Shown piece by piece: positions 1 through 9,551 of a stretch of DNA of 64,000 bases. The position numbers were made by a program, and so were the translations under genes. The stretch is from Alphaproteobacteria bacterium. Lineage in GTDB: Bacteria > Pseudomonadota > Alphaproteobacteria > Rickettsiales > JABCZZ01. The stretch is from assembly GCA_013288335.1 (NCBI GenBank), contig JABDCC010000002.1, positions 8,521-72,520 on the forward strand, read 5' to 3'. The notes under the pieces are model-generated. The model searched no databases and had not been told where the DNA came from. It saw only the letters and a list, made by a program, of their open reading frames with translations. Numbering within the stretch: position 1 is the first letter of the stretch; each line of letters begins with the position of its first letter.

Positions 1-144
1 CTGGGTAAGACTTCCCTGCGGATCAATATCGACGATGGCAACTCTTTTGCCACGCTGGCTCCAGGCGATCGCCAGATGAATGGCCAAAGTAGTTTTTCCT
101 GCGCCACCTTTTTGCTGCGCTATGGTAATTACTTTTTCTGCCAT
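1..144 (-). CDS. ParA/Soj-family ATPase, N-terminal 48 codons only (gene runs off window start)
   Basis: Not in ORF track (too short in window). Reverse complement of 1-144 translates MAEKVITIAQQKGGAGKTTLAIHLAIAWSQRGKRVAIVDIDPQGSLTQ. It has the deviant Walker A KGGxGKT of ParA/MinD ATPases. A GGGAG Shine-Dalgarno lies a few nt upstream of the ATG at 144-142. Confidence 0.7.
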   Translation of the reverse strand, partial: MAEKVITIAQQKGGAGKTTLAIHLAIAWSQRGKRVAIVDIDPQGSLTQ

Positions 145-210
145 ATATACTCCCTACTCTAAGGTTACAAAAATCTATATATTGTTTATAATTATTACTC
201 TTGCTACTAA

Positions 211-1167
211 ATGTTGTCAATGAACATAGAACGCGCCGATCCAAATAGTATCAAAAAAGCTGCCGATCTTTTGCGATCAGGCAAGCTCGTTGCCTTTGCA
301 ACGGAGACTGTTTATGGGCTTGGCGGTGATGCCACCAATGATAAAGCCATTGCAGAAATTTTTGCGACCAAAGCGCGGCCTGAATTTAATCCGCTGATTG
401 TGCATGTAAGCGATGCGCAGATGGCGAAGTGTTTTGTAGAATGGAATGCGAGGGCAGAAAAATTAGCGTTAGCCTTCTGGCCGGGCCCCTTAACGCTCGT
501 ATTAAAACGCACATCTGATTGCAAAGTTTCTCTGCTTGCAAGCGCCGGAGGTGACACACTTGCCATACGTGTGCCCGCAAATAAAGCCGCACATGCATTG
601 TTGGTTGACGCGGGAATTCCGGTGGCCGCTCCAAGCGCCAACCGCTCAGGCCGCGTAAGCCCTACCACCGCAGAGCATGTATACGCAGAATTTGGCGATC
701 GGTTGCCGCTGATTCTGGATGGCGGTGCGTGTGATGTCGGCATCGAATCCACCGTAGTCGATGTAAGCGGTGATGAAGTATTTTTACTGCGCCCGGGAAC
801 CATTACCCGTGAACAACTGGAAGAAGTATTAGGTGGAAAATTATCTACGCCAGACGAAAAAACCGGAGTGCTAAAATCCCCCGGCATGTTACTTAGTCAC
901 TACGCGCCTTCCCTTCCCGTGCGATTAAATGCCGTGGACGCGCGCGAAGGCGAAGCACTCCTCGGATTTGGAAAGAATGCGCCACATAACACTGTCATAA
1001 ATTTAAGTCTTTCAGGAGATTTAAAAGAAGCCGCTGCAAATTTATTCGCCGCACTTCGCTTCGTTGATAAGCCAGAACTTTACTCCGCAATTTCCATCAC
1101 GCCCATTCCCGACACCGGCATCGGCATTGCCATCAATGACCGCTTAAAGCGCGCAAGCCAAACCTAG
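211..1167 (+). CDS. tsaC: L-threonylcarbamoyladenylate synthase (Sua5/YrdC family, long form)
   Basis: 318 aa. YrdC-domain motifs are present (VAFATETVYGLGGDATN, APSANRSG). The C-terminal extension has the length of Sua5-type enzymes. Confidence 0.85.
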   Translation: MLSMNIERADPNSIKKAADLLRSGKLVAFATETVYGLGGDATNDKAIAEIFATKARPEFNPLIVHVSDAQMAKCFVEWNARAEKLALAFWPGPLTLVLKRTSDCKVSLLASAGGDTLAIRVPANKAAHALLVDAGIPVAAPSANRSGRVSPTTAEHVYAEFGDRLPLILDGGACDVGIESTVVDVSGDEVFLLRPGTITREQLEEVLGGKLSTPDEKTGVLKSPGMLLSHYAPSLPVRLNAVDAREGEALLGFGKNAPHNTVINLSLSGDLKEAAANLFAALRFVDKPELYSAISITPIPDTGIGIAINDRLKRASQT

Positions 1168-1186
1168 GAAATGATAAGGAGAATTT

Positions 1187-1546
1187 ATGGACGAATATCT
1201 CAATGATGACCAACTCGAAACACTCATGTGCAATGGCCCCTTATTCGACGAAATAGAGCCCAGTTTGCAAGAGCCTTTGCGAAATGAGCTGACTGATCTC
1301 CAGATTAGAACAGGTAATGCCTACAATGCTGGTTCGTGGACAATTCCTGCAACAGGAGAGAAGTTTGTTAATCCTCCCTACGACAATCCACCAACAAGGG
1401 AGCAAGTACAGAAGATACTGGGAGAAGTATATCTTGCTTTGGATAGTAACAATAAAAATAAGCAAGAATTAAAGGATATGATGGATAGTCTTTGCTTAAC
1501 TCCCTCAGCTCCTAAATCTGCCAAGAATCATAAAAATCTCGGATAA
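1187..1546 (+). CDS. hypothetical protein
   Basis: 119-aa ORF with a strong AAGGAGA Shine-Dalgarno 7 nt upstream. No family recognised. Confidence 0.5.
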   Translation: MDEYLNDDQLETLMCNGPLFDEIEPSLQEPLRNELTDLQIRTGNAYNAGSWTIPATGEKFVNPPYDNPPTREQVQKILGEVYLALDSNNKNKQELKDMMDSLCLTPSAPKSAKNHKNLG

Positions 1547-1629
1547 CTATGTTTGAAGCGGGCATCTATACAAAATCTTTACGGATAGCCTGTCCATTTT
1601 AACAACCCTTTTACACCCCTTTTATTATA

Positions 1630-2076
1630 ATGTCTCTCTTACCTAACACACAGAGAGCATCTATGGCTGAACCAACGTCCACAAAAAATAGTGAAAAAGA
1701 ATCGGAAGCATTGAAGAAAATTGTAAGAAAAGCCGATCATTTCTCGGATTTTGGTACGCTCACCTCGCTGATTTCCACCGCATTTTATTTTGTTGAACAA
1801 GCCTTAAGTAAAAAACTGCCTAAATGGGTCAACAATCTATCCTTAGGCGCGGTCGGCGTTGGTATAGCTGCTATTTTTACATCCTTTTACTACCGGATGA
1901 AAGCAGGTGACATTGCACTCCATTCCTCTGCGCATATTGATGTGGTAACCGAGGCAAACAATAAGCCCTCACCTGAGATTTTGAATTCTGCCAAAGACCC
2001 TGAAGAAACAGAGCGCACACAAATACAAAAGAAATTTGCGCCCCGTACACATAGTACCACAGAACAAGAACGGTAA
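1630..2076 (+). CDS. hypothetical membrane protein
   Basis: 148-aa ORF with one or two hydrophobic segments (LSLGAVGVGIAAIFTSFYY). No family recognised. Confidence 0.45.
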   Translation: MSLLPNTQRASMAEPTSTKNSEKESEALKKIVRKADHFSDFGTLTSLISTAFYFVEQALSKKLPKWVNNLSLGAVGVGIAAIFTSFYYRMKAGDIALHSSAHIDVVTEANNKPSPEILNSAKDPEETERTQIQKKFAPRTHSTTEQER

Positions 2077-2210
2077 AAGACACAAAATTACCTTAATTGG
2101 CTGTTTTTCATTAACAATCCCACAAAATTAATAATCGCTGAAATTTACTAATTATTAACGAAGTTTCTGTAATATGAGACTTAATTAATAATGACTTTGG
2201 GAGTAGTCGT

Positions 2211-2867
2211 ATGCATTATTTCAGCCGTATTTTCTGTGCAATTCTTCTCTGCGTGAGCATGACCGCGGCGGCACCAGCATGGGCTGCGGACGATGCAGCG
2301 CCCACCGCTCTCCATCATGAACGCGAGGTATTTGCCAAAGAGTTCGCGCAGTTGGTGGTGATGATCCTGCATGAGCCCAAGAAATCGGCCAATGATAGAA
2401 AAAATATTCTGCGTGAGACGTTTCAGGCATCAGTAGATATTGACTGGATTGCAAAGTTTGTGCTCGGAAGAAGCTGGAAAGATGCCACAGACGAACAACG
2501 GGTACGCTACACTTCGCTCTATAAACGTTATCTCACGGAAACCTACGTGAAGAATTTCGCGGAAAATCCTGATAAAGCCATTGCTAATATCAAAGTCGCT
2601 GGGGTGAGTGAAGACGCAGAAAATCCGTTCATGGTGCGCACGCAAATGCTGCTTAAAGACGCGGAAAACCTGAATGTGGATTACCGCGTGAGCGAAGAGG
2701 ATGGGCATTATAAAATACGCGATATCGCCATCGAAAATGTGAGCCTGATTACCACCCACCGCACGGAATTCGGCGAACTCGCCAGCACAGAAGGCGTGGA
2801 CGGCGTTATCAAACGCCTCGAAACCCTGCTCGATAATAATTCAGAGACTATATTGTCGATGAAGTAA
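2211..2867 (+). CDS. MlaC/Ttg2D-family phospholipid-binding periplasmic protein
   Basis: 218 aa with signal peptide (..MTAAAPAWA). Central region (FVLGRSWKDATDEQRVRYTSLYKRYLTETYVKNF) resembles the toluene-tolerance Ttg2D/MlaC family. Confidence 0.7.
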   Translation: MHYFSRIFCAILLCVSMTAAAPAWAADDAAPTALHHEREVFAKEFAQLVVMILHEPKKSANDRKNILRETFQASVDIDWIAKFVLGRSWKDATDEQRVRYTSLYKRYLTETYVKNFAENPDKAIANIKVAGVSEDAENPFMVRTQMLLKDAENLNVDYRVSEEDGHYKIRDIAIENVSLITTHRTEFGELASTEGVDGVIKRLETLLDNNSETILSMK

Positions 2868-2876
2868 GTAGAGAAA

Positions 2877-2951
2877 TGGTGCTGCTGAGGTTAATCGAAA
2901 ACCCGACCCCGTCATTACCAATGACGTGCTCTACCACTGAGCTACAGCAGC
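2877..2951 (-). tRNA. tRNA-Thr (anticodon GGU), CCA encoded
   Basis: Minus strand reads GCTGCTG-TA-GCTCAGTGGTAGAGC-A-CGTCA-TTGGTAA-TGACG-GGGTC-GGGTT-TTCGATT-AACCT-CAGCAGC-A-CCA. This folds as a complete cloverleaf. Anticodon loop is TT-GGT-AA. Confidence 0.9.
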
Positions 2952-3038
2952 CTATACCATTTGCCCCTATAATTTATAAGGGGATATGCCTATAACAAGG
3001 CCTCTAAATAAAGGCAACTTTATTATTTCCGCTGCCGC

Positions 3039-3063
3039 AAAAAATTAGAGCAAAGCGCTCTAA
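3039..3063 (-). terminator. rho-independent terminator of sixA
   Basis: On the minus strand TTAGAGC-gcttt-GCTCTAA (7-bp stem, arms 3045-3051/3057-3063) is followed by TTTTTT (3044-3039). The stem overlaps the TAG stop of sixA. Confidence 0.55.
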
Positions 3064-3569
3064 TCCGCCGGAGTCATAAAATCGAGCAATTCTCCGCTCC
3101 CAGGGAGGATATCCTTCCAGTAATGGTCGGCAAAGCGCAGTACCGTGAGTGCTGCGGTTGGGTATTTAAGCTCCAAAGTCGCGTGTAAGCTTGAGCTCAT
3201 TGGCTGCGCCATAATGAGCGCCAGATGATGCATTCCCGGGTTGTGCCCCACCACCATAAGCGACTTAAAATTATCATCCGCCGCATGTAGCTGGTGCAAA
3301 ATCTCGTCGGCAGTGGCCATATAGATGCTTTTTGCAAATTCATGCGCAGGGGTGAGCCTCGCCGCCTTCATTACCAATTCAAACGTCTCGCGTGTGCGGT
3401 TTGCCGATGAGCACAGCACAAATTCCGGCGCATATTGTTTGGCCTTCATATACTTGCCGACCGTTTCGCACGCCTCACGTCCGCGCACGGCAAGATTGCG
3501 ATCAATATCTTCTATGGTGGAATTGCTCGGCTCCGCTTTGGCGTGACGCAATATGTAGAAAGTCTTCAA
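3060..3569 (-). CDS. sixA: histidine phosphatase superfamily protein (SixA-like phosphohistidine phosphatase)
   Basis: 169 aa. N-terminal LRHAKA (RHG-motif variant) and distal VGHNPG histidine motif are typical of SixA. Confidence 0.7.
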   Translation of the reverse strand: MKTFYILRHAKAEPSNSTIEDIDRNLAVRGREACETVGKYMKAKQYAPEFVLCSSANRTRETFELVMKAARLTPAHEFAKSIYMATADEILHQLHAADDNFKSLMVVGHNPGMHHLALIMAQPMSSSLHATLELKYPTAALTVLRFADHYWKDILPGSGELLDFMTPAD

Positions 3570-3580
3570 GGGAAACTCTT

Positions 3581-4936
3581 TTAATTTTTACTGGTTACTT
3601 TCTTTATACCGTCGAAAAATACAAGCTCAAGCAACTCTTCAGATTTTATCGCTTCGGCGCGTGTAATAATTTTTCCGCTCTTGTCACGTACCAGCGTAAA
3701 TCCGCGCTCCAGCACGGTTTTATAGTCTAAGTGTTTTAGAAGCTGCGCAAGATTTGCAAGTTTTTTCTCGTGTTCATTTATGTTGCGAAGCAGCATTCGT
3801 GCGATGCGTTCTTGCGCAAGTTTTAAATCCTGCGCATGACGTGTAATATTTTGCAAAAGACTACGTGGTTGAAGCTTCGCTATGAGAATAGCAAGCTGCT
3901 GGTTTTTCTTTTCTATCGATGCGGGCAGCGATGCCAAAAGACGCTCGCTCCAATCATCCAACCGCTGCATTGCGGTATCAATAATCCGCCCGGGGTGCGT
4001 AAGTCCGCGCGCAAAACCAGCAAGTGTATCACTGCGATTCTGCAACATGCGCGTGATGCCAGCGGATAACCGATTGCCACTTTCCATCACCGCAAGCAGC
4101 AAATCCTGCCGCACCGGCACTGCCATTTCCGCCGCCGCAGTTGGAGTGGGTGCGCGGCGGTCAGAAACATAGTCGATGAGAGTAGTATCGGTTTCATGGC
4201 CAACTGCCGAAATGAGTGGAATCTTGGATGCAAATGCCGCCCGCACAACAACTTCCTCATTAAACGCCCAGAGATCTTCGAGCGACCCGCCGCCGCGAGC
4301 GACGATGAGAAGATCGGGAGCCGCATCGTCATCCAACGCATTAAATCCCTCTATGGCTTCAGCAATCTGCTCTGCTGCTTTTTCACCCTGCACCGCTACT
4401 GGCCAGACGAGCACGTGGCAGGGAAAACGATCACTCAAGCGATGTAAAATATCACGAATCACCGCACCGGTGGGAGAGGTAATAACACCAATAACACGCG
4501 GCATGAACGGCAAAGGTTTTTTGTGTTTCTCATCAAACAACCCTTCCGCCGCAAGCATTTTTTTGCGTTTCTCGAGCAGTGCCATGAGCGCGCCCGCACC
4601 TGCGGGTTCCATATAGTCAATCACGAGCTGGTAATTGGAACGACCGGGATATGTGGTAAGCCTGCCCGAGCAAATCACCTCAATGCCGTCTTCCGGTTTG
4701 AATGGAAACTTGCCGACCACGCCTTTCCAGCACACCGCATCCAGCAGTGCGTTTTCGTCCTTGAGCTTGAGATAAGCATGGCCGGAGGTAGCCAATTTCC
4801 AGCCAGAAATTTCGCCGCGCACCCGTACATGGCCAAAATTATCCTCCACCATGCGCTTGATTGCACTGGATATTTCACTGACACTATAGGCAAACTGGTT
4901 GTGTGCTTCTTTAATTTCTTCCATAAATTCCATCAT
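3581..4936 (-). CDS. xseA: exodeoxyribonuclease VII large subunit
   Basis: 451 aa. N-terminal OB-fold segment (VRVRGEISGWKLATSGHAYLKLKD) and catalytic core (VITSPTGAVIRDI, ARGGGSLEDLWAFN) are present. Confidence 0.9.
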   Translation of the reverse strand: MMEFMEEIKEAHNQFAYSVSEISSAIKRMVEDNFGHVRVRGEISGWKLATSGHAYLKLKDENALLDAVCWKGVVGKFPFKPEDGIEVICSGRLTTYPGRSNYQLVIDYMEPAGAGALMALLEKRKKMLAAEGLFDEKHKKPLPFMPRVIGVITSPTGAVIRDILHRLSDRFPCHVLVWPVAVQGEKAAEQIAEAIEGFNALDDDAAPDLLIVARGGGSLEDLWAFNEEVVVRAAFASKIPLISAVGHETDTTLIDYVSDRRAPTPTAAAEMAVPVRQDLLLAVMESGNRLSAGITRMLQNRSDTLAGFARGLTHPGRIIDTAMQRLDDWSERLLASLPASIEKKNQQLAILIAKLQPRSLLQNITRHAQDLKLAQERIARMLLRNINEHEKKLANLAQLLKHLDYKTVLERGFTLVRDKSGKIITRAEAIKSEELLELVFFDGIKKVTSKN

Positions 4937-4990
4937 AAGCAGCCTATTACAAAATAGGTATGAAAATTTTATAAGTCCAAAATGTAAAAT

Positions 4991-6346
4991 ATGCTATATT
5001 GCCCTATGCTCGAGCAATTATTATCGGAAATCGCCCAGGTGCCGTCCTACAATCTTGTGGGAAGGGTTTTGTCGATCAAGGGCTTACTGGTGGAATGTTC
5101 CGGCATCGAAAAAGCCTTAAGCGTCGGCGCACGCTGCGAGATTATCGGCCTCATGCCGCATAACGGTGTCATCCCCAAAGTGAATTGCGAAGTGGTAGGT
5201 TTCCGCGAAGACCGCGCACTGCTCATGCCATTTGGCAATTTAGAAGGTATTGGCCTTGGCGCCAAAGTCGCGCTCCTTAGCTCAGAATCGGCTATTTACC
5301 CCGAAGACGCATGGCTTGGGCGCGTCATCAACGCGCTCGGCGAACCGCTTGATGGCAAAGGCCCGCTCCCTCTTGGTGACGTGCCTTATAATCTGCATGG
5401 AAAAGCGCCGGCTGCTCACACGCGGCAACGCGTGCGCGGTAAAATCGATTTGGGAATTCGCGCAATCAACACCTTCCTTACTTGCTGCAAAGGGCAACGC
5501 ATGGGCATTTTCTCTGGGTCCGGCGTCGGCAAATCCATATTGATGTCGATGCTCGGGCGTTACAGCCAGGCCGACGTAAACGTGATCGGCTTGGTCGGTG
5601 AACGCGGACGCGAAGTGCAGGAATTCATTGAAGATGATTTAGGCGAAGAAGGCTTGAAGCGCTCGGTAGTGATTGTCGCCACTTCCAGTGAGTCGGCTTT
5701 GCTTCGCAGACAAGCGGCGTATGTCACTTTATGCGTTTCTGAATATTTCCGCGATCAGGGGAAATCGGTGTTGTGCGTCATGGATTCGGTTACCCGCTTT
5801 GCTATGGCACAACGTGAAATCGGCCTATCTGCTGGTGAGCCACCTACCACCAAAGGCTACACGCCAACCGTATTCTCTGAACTACCACAACTCCTGGAAC
5901 GCGCTGGCCCAGGTAGCGCCGGACAAGGTTCCATCACCGGCATGTTCAGCGTATTGGTAGAAGGCGACGATACCAACGAACCTATCACCGACGCGGTGCG
6001 CGGTATATTAGACGGCCATATTATTTTAGATCGCGCCATTGCCGAGCGCGGAAGATTCCCGGCAATCAACGTTCTGCGCAGCGTGTCGCGCACCATGCCC
6101 GATTGCAACAACGAAAAAGAAAACCAACTGGTAATAGCTGCACGACTGGTAATTTCTACCTATGAAAATATGGCGGAAATGATTAGGCTTGGCGCATATA
6201 GACGCGGAACCGATCCGGATGTGGATCGCGCCATGCAGATTTATCCGGCAATTGAAAAATTCCTCGCCCAACGCAAAGAAGAACAGAGTGAACTTAGCAC
6301 CGGCTACGAGGAACTCGCTAAAATATTAGGTATCCCATGGCCGTGA
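4991..6346 (+). CDS. fliI: flagellum-specific export ATPase FliI
   Basis: 451 aa. Walker A GSGVGKS, Walker [13 protein letters not shown], and F1/T3SS-ATPase-type C-terminus. Followed by fliJ with an overlapping start. Confidence 0.9.
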   Translation: MLYCPMLEQLLSEIAQVPSYNLVGRVLSIKGLLVECSGIEKALSVGARCEIIGLMPHNGVIPKVNCEVVGFREDRALLMPFGNLEGIGLGAKVALLSSESAIYPEDAWLGRVINALGEPLDGKGPLPLGDVPYNLHGKAPAAHTRQRVRGKIDLGIRAINTFLTCCKGQRMGIFSGSGVGKSILMSMLGRYSQADVNVIGLVGERGREVQEFIEDDLGEEGLKRSVVIVATSSESALLRRQAAYVTLCVSEYFRDQGKSVLCVMDSVTRFAMAQREIGLSAGEPPTTKGYTPTVFSELPQLLERAGPGSAGQGSITGMFSVLVEGDDTNEPITDAVRGILDGHIILDRAIAERGRFPAINVLRSVSRTMPDCNNEKENQLVIAARLVISTYENMAEMIRLGAYRRGTDPDVDRAMQIYPAIEKFLAQRKEEQSELSTGYEELAKILGIPWP

Positions 6347-6768
6347 AAACCTTAGATACACTCATCCGGCTTCACAAGCAACGTGTCGATATCATGCGCC
6401 GTGAAATGGTAGCATTTGAAGAAGAACGCAGGCAATTGCTCGCATTTGCCGAAAGGCTAAAACGGGAACATGCTGAGGAAATGCAGCTGATGCTTGCAGA
6501 AGTAAAAGTAGCGAGTTTCTTTGGCTCCTACTCTGCAGGCGTCAAACAAAAATTGTTGAACATTGACGGGGAAGTAAAAAGGCTGGATGCTGCCATTGAA
6601 GAAAAAGCTGAAGCCATCCGCGAAGAATTCAGCGAGCAGAAAAAATATGAGATCACCAGAGAAACCACACTCAAGCGCATAGAACAAAAGGAAAAAAATT
6701 TGTTGCAACAACGTTTTGACGAAATAGGATCGCAGCAATATCATAAGGCCAAGGAAAATCCTTTATGA
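6337..6768 (+). CDS. fliJ: flagellar export chaperone FliJ-like coiled-coil protein
   Basis: 143-aa, highly charged, predicted coiled coil. Its ATG at 6337 overlaps the fliI 3' end (fliI stop TGA at 6344-6346). Position and size match fliJ. Sequence family is weakly conserved, so the call rests mainly on context. Confidence 0.65.
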   Translation: MAVKTLDTLIRLHKQRVDIMRREMVAFEEERRQLLAFAERLKREHAEEMQLMLAEVKVASFFGSYSAGVKQKLLNIDGEVKRLDAAIEEKAEAIREEFSEQKKYEITRETTLKRIEQKEKNLLQQRFDEIGSQQYHKAKENPL

Positions 6769-8570
6769 AATGCGCACGTTATTTTATCGGTCTGTTAATT
6801 TTTTCTATTACTTGCAACAGTAACGCAGCATTTGCGAGCGTAAAAAGCCAGTGCCGCGATCAGGCACAAAGCCGCCTCGAATTATACGACAAACCCGATA
6901 CCTATCCGATAAGCGACGAAGAAAAAAATAATGCGCTTCAGGCACTCTATATTGAATGTATGCGCGAGCAGCAGGGAAAAGCCGCAAATGAGACAGATAT
7001 TGACACCCGAAATGCCAAATACCCGCCAGCACATGCCGATGTTGTAGTCAGCAATCCTCCTGCTAATCCCGATCCGAACTCGCCAAATTCCAAAGTAATA
7101 GCCGTTCAGGGTAGCGAGGTTTTGCCCGCCAATGCAGCCAGCGCTCCGGTGGTAAAACACCCGGAAGGAGGGCTATATCAAGGTGCAACCGTTGTATATA
7201 TACAAGGTTCTCCCCCCACTATATTTAACCCTGCCAATCCTAATGCTACCCCACCCGCGAATGGCCAACCGCAAAATGGCGTCAATGCTAATGTAGCTGC
7301 AAATCCAACCACGGCGGCAAACGGACAACCGCAAAATGGGCAAACTCAAAATGGCCAGCCCCAAAATGCTCAGGCGTCTAACAAGCAAGATGCAGATAAG
7401 GCAGCGCAAGCGGCCAAAGCGCAACAACCACCAGTCGTTATCAATAATAACGTTGTGGGGGCGCCGCCTGTAAAAGCTACTGCAGCAGCACCCGCCACAA
7501 CACCACCTGCTTCTAATACTGCCACTGCCGCAGCAACACCGCCCGCTGCAAATGCTGCCGTAAACGCTGCGCAGAAAGCGGCAACTGTTCCGCCAGTAAC
7601 TGTGGCGGCAACTCCGGCTGTCGCCGTTACGCCCCCTGCTGCTACTGTTGCTATACCGCCAGTTTCTAGTCCCACCGCCGCACCCGTAACCCCCACTTCC
7701 GTTGGCAATCTTTCCGCGCCCGCAACCATTCCAAATGCAACTGCCTCAACTCCAGCATCTGCTACACCAACGACGGCATCTTATCGTCCTGCTGCTGTAC
7801 CCGCTAATCCAACATCCTTGTCGGTAGTCAATAACCTGCCAGCTACTGCTCCTGCCGCTAAAGCCGCAACGGTTCCTGCAAACTCAGCGTCACCCGCAAA
7901 TTATGCCGCCGTTGCTTCTCCTTCCGTACCCACTACTCCATTAGGAGTAAATGCCTCCTTGCCTTCCGTTTCTGCAAACCCCGCTTTGCCGCAAGCAAAT
8001 ATTGCTGCACCTATACCAGTACCAGCAGCCTCTGCCTCACTTCCAGCCGGAACCCTGACACCTCCAGTACCGAGCAACAATTCGGTTTCCGTAGTCAATA
8101 ATATACCACGCTCTGCTGCACCGGTTTATCCGACGGCTGCGCCTGCCGCTGCAGTCAAAAATGCACCTTATACTCCGCCCGCTGTGACCACGAATATCAC
8201 TTCACCCACGAATGTTGCTAATCATGTGCCTTCTAATCTTTCTGCAACTGCACCCGCTTCAAATGCAGCTGGGAAAATACCCCCAATCAATACACCACAG
8301 GCGAATATAGTTTCGGGCGCCAAGCCAGCTACTACTGCTAATCCCGCTTCGAAGCACTCTCCTTTGCTTGCGTATAATTCCGATAAAGTGAAACCGAATG
8401 CAAAACCTCTTCATAACGTCACAACTACACATAAAACGGCAAACAATAACGGGGTGAAATCTACAAGTAGCACAAACAAAAGTTCTGCAACTCAACCACC
8501 CGCAGCAACAACTAAAACAACCAGCAGCAAAAGCAATGCTGAGCTAGAACAGATTTTAGGCGGAAATTAG
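6765..8570 (+). CDS. secreted protein: novel 2-Cys N-terminal domain plus ~500-aa Pro/Ala/Thr/Asn-rich low-complexity tail
   Basis: 601 aa with signal peptide (..CNSNAAFA). ATGA overlap with the fliJ stop (6765-6768). The N-domain is homologous to the next ORF. QPQNG repeats are present. Confidence 0.6.
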   Translation: MKCARYFIGLLIFSITCNSNAAFASVKSQCRDQAQSRLELYDKPDTYPISDEEKNNALQALYIECMREQQGKAANETDIDTRNAKYPPAHADVVVSNPPANPDPNSPNSKVIAVQGSEVLPANAASAPVVKHPEGGLYQGATVVYIQGSPPTIFNPANPNATPPANGQPQNGVNANVAANPTTAANGQPQNGQTQNGQPQNAQASNKQDADKAAQAAKAQQPPVVINNNVVGAPPVKATAAAPATTPPASNTATAAATPPAANAAVNAAQKAATVPPVTVAATPAVAVTPPAATVAIPPVSSPTAAPVTPTSVGNLSAPATIPNATASTPASATPTTASYRPAAVPANPTSLSVVNNLPATAPAAKAATVPANSASPANYAAVASPSVPTTPLGVNASLPSVSANPALPQANIAAPIPVPAASASLPAGTLTPPVPSNNSVSVVNNIPRSAAPVYPTAAPAAAVKNAPYTPPAVTTNITSPTNVANHVPSNLSATAPASNAAGKIPPINTPQANIVSGAKPATTANPASKHSPLLAYNSDKVKPNAKPLHNVTTTHKTANNNGVKSTSSTNKSSATQPPAATTKTTSSKSNAELEQILGGN

Positions 8571-8580
8571 GAAATTTATT

Positions 8581-9078
8581 ATGAAAAATATGATTTCAAA
8601 GACAGTTTTCTTAGCATTACTCTTCGTATGCACAAGCTGCAAAGATGAAATGAAAGTGCAGATGGACTATGTATCCAACCGCGATGAATGTCGGGAAAAG
8701 GCCGACGAACAACTGAGTAATTATTCTACTCCGGATTCGTACCAGATAAATGACAAAGAGAAAAAAAGCGCTTCTGATGAAATTTTCTGCGAGTGCATGA
8801 AAGGTCACGACTGGAAAGTGATAGGCTGTCCAAAACCGCCAGTGGTAGCTGCAAAGCCTGCTGTTGTAGTAGCACCTGCAGTGGTTCCTGTGCCAACACA
8901 AAACCAGGCACCTGCCGCCGTTCCCGCACCGGTTCCTGTAGCAGCCCCTGCGCCCACCTCAACTAATAATACTACAGTTCTGGTAGTGCAGCCTACTCCA
9001 CCTGTCGTTGCTCCCACTCCGGTTGCGCCGCCAACAAATGCACCCGCACAATATCAACCCGCATCCCCTAATGAATAA
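8581..9078 (+). CDS. secreted/possible lipoprotein paralog of 6765-8570 with short Pro/Ala/Val-rich tail
   Basis: 165 aa. N-terminal hydrophobic leader ends in ..LLFVCTSC (non-canonical lipobox). Residues about 35-76 align without gaps to the N-domain of the preceding ORF (16/42 identical). Confidence 0.6.
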   Translation: MKNMISKTVFLALLFVCTSCKDEMKVQMDYVSNRDECREKADEQLSNYSTPDSYQINDKEKKSASDEIFCECMKGHDWKVIGCPKPPVVAAKPAVVVAPAVVPVPTQNQAPAAVPAPVPVAAPAPTSTNNTTVLVVQPTPPVVAPTPVAPPTNAPAQYQPASPNE

Positions 9079-9084
9079 TTTTAT

Positions 9085-9405
9085 ATGATTACTATTCTCT
9101 CTCGCCTTTATGAAACCATATTGACCCGTAAAGGCGGCGATCCCACCTCTTCCTACGTGGCAAGTTTATTTGCCAAAGGCAATCTTAAAATCGCACAAAA
9201 AGTTGGCGAAGAAGCAACCGAAACAGTGCTTGCTGCCGCGGGCGGCAATAAGCAGGAAATTATTTCTGAGAGTGCGGATTTATTATTTCACCTGCTGGTG
9301 CTCTGGGCTGAGCATAACATCACACCAGCCGAAATTGCCGCTGAGCTTGAGAAGCGCGAAGGAAAATCGGGAATAGAAGAAAAGGCACAAAGAAATAATC
9401 GATAA
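9085..9405 (+). CDS. hisE: phosphoribosyl-ATP pyrophosphatase
   Basis: 106 aa. Typical HisE helices are present (YVASLFAKGNLKIAQKVGEEATETVLAA, ESADLLFHLLVLW). Confidence 0.85.
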   Translation: MITILSRLYETILTRKGGDPTSSYVASLFAKGNLKIAQKVGEEATETVLAAAGGNKQEIISESADLLFHLLVLWAEHNITPAEIAAELEKREGKSGIEEKAQRNNR

Positions 9406-9421
9406 TTTATTTCTTTTTTTG
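9391..9421 (+). terminator. possible weak rho-independent terminator after hisE
   Basis: AGAAATAA (9391-9398) pairs with TTATTTCT (9407-9414) and is followed by TTTTTTG. The stem is AT-only, so stability is low. Confidence 0.3.
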
Positions 9422-9551
9422 TTTCAATGCGTGACAGCTATATTGCCCTGGTTTGCAAATAATTTCCTGATTGATTGACAGGCTTCTTTATTTGGAATAG
9501 AACCCAATATTAGAAATGGTTAATTTGTGTTAAGATGTGCAAGGATTTTCG

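Noticed and set aside
312-887. Other large shadow ORFs opposite well-identified genes. These are 312-887 (tsaC), 10235-10750 (M23 peptidase), 23763-24338 (MCP), 28227-28799 (tim44-like/mltA), 35546-36007 (obg), 45702-46034 (tal), 57143-57682 (IDH-like) and 59873-60256 (yggS).
   Set aside because: Each overlaps a CDS with clear family motifs on the other strand, and none shows recognisable motifs of its own. They are typical antisense open frames.
7370-7729. Long antisense or alternative-frame ORFs inside the low-complexity genes. Examples are 7370-7729, 7901-8098 and 8805-9017 in the Pro/Ala-rich genes. Others are 30569-30892 and 31362-31712 in fliK, and 32936-33229, 34226-34564 and 34658-35269 in flgE.
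   Set aside because: They lie entirely within better-supported genes that have recognisable flagellar or signal-peptide features. Repetitive GCN/ACN codon composition suppresses stop codons on the opposite strand. Their translations are Ala/Gly/Val smears with no start context.
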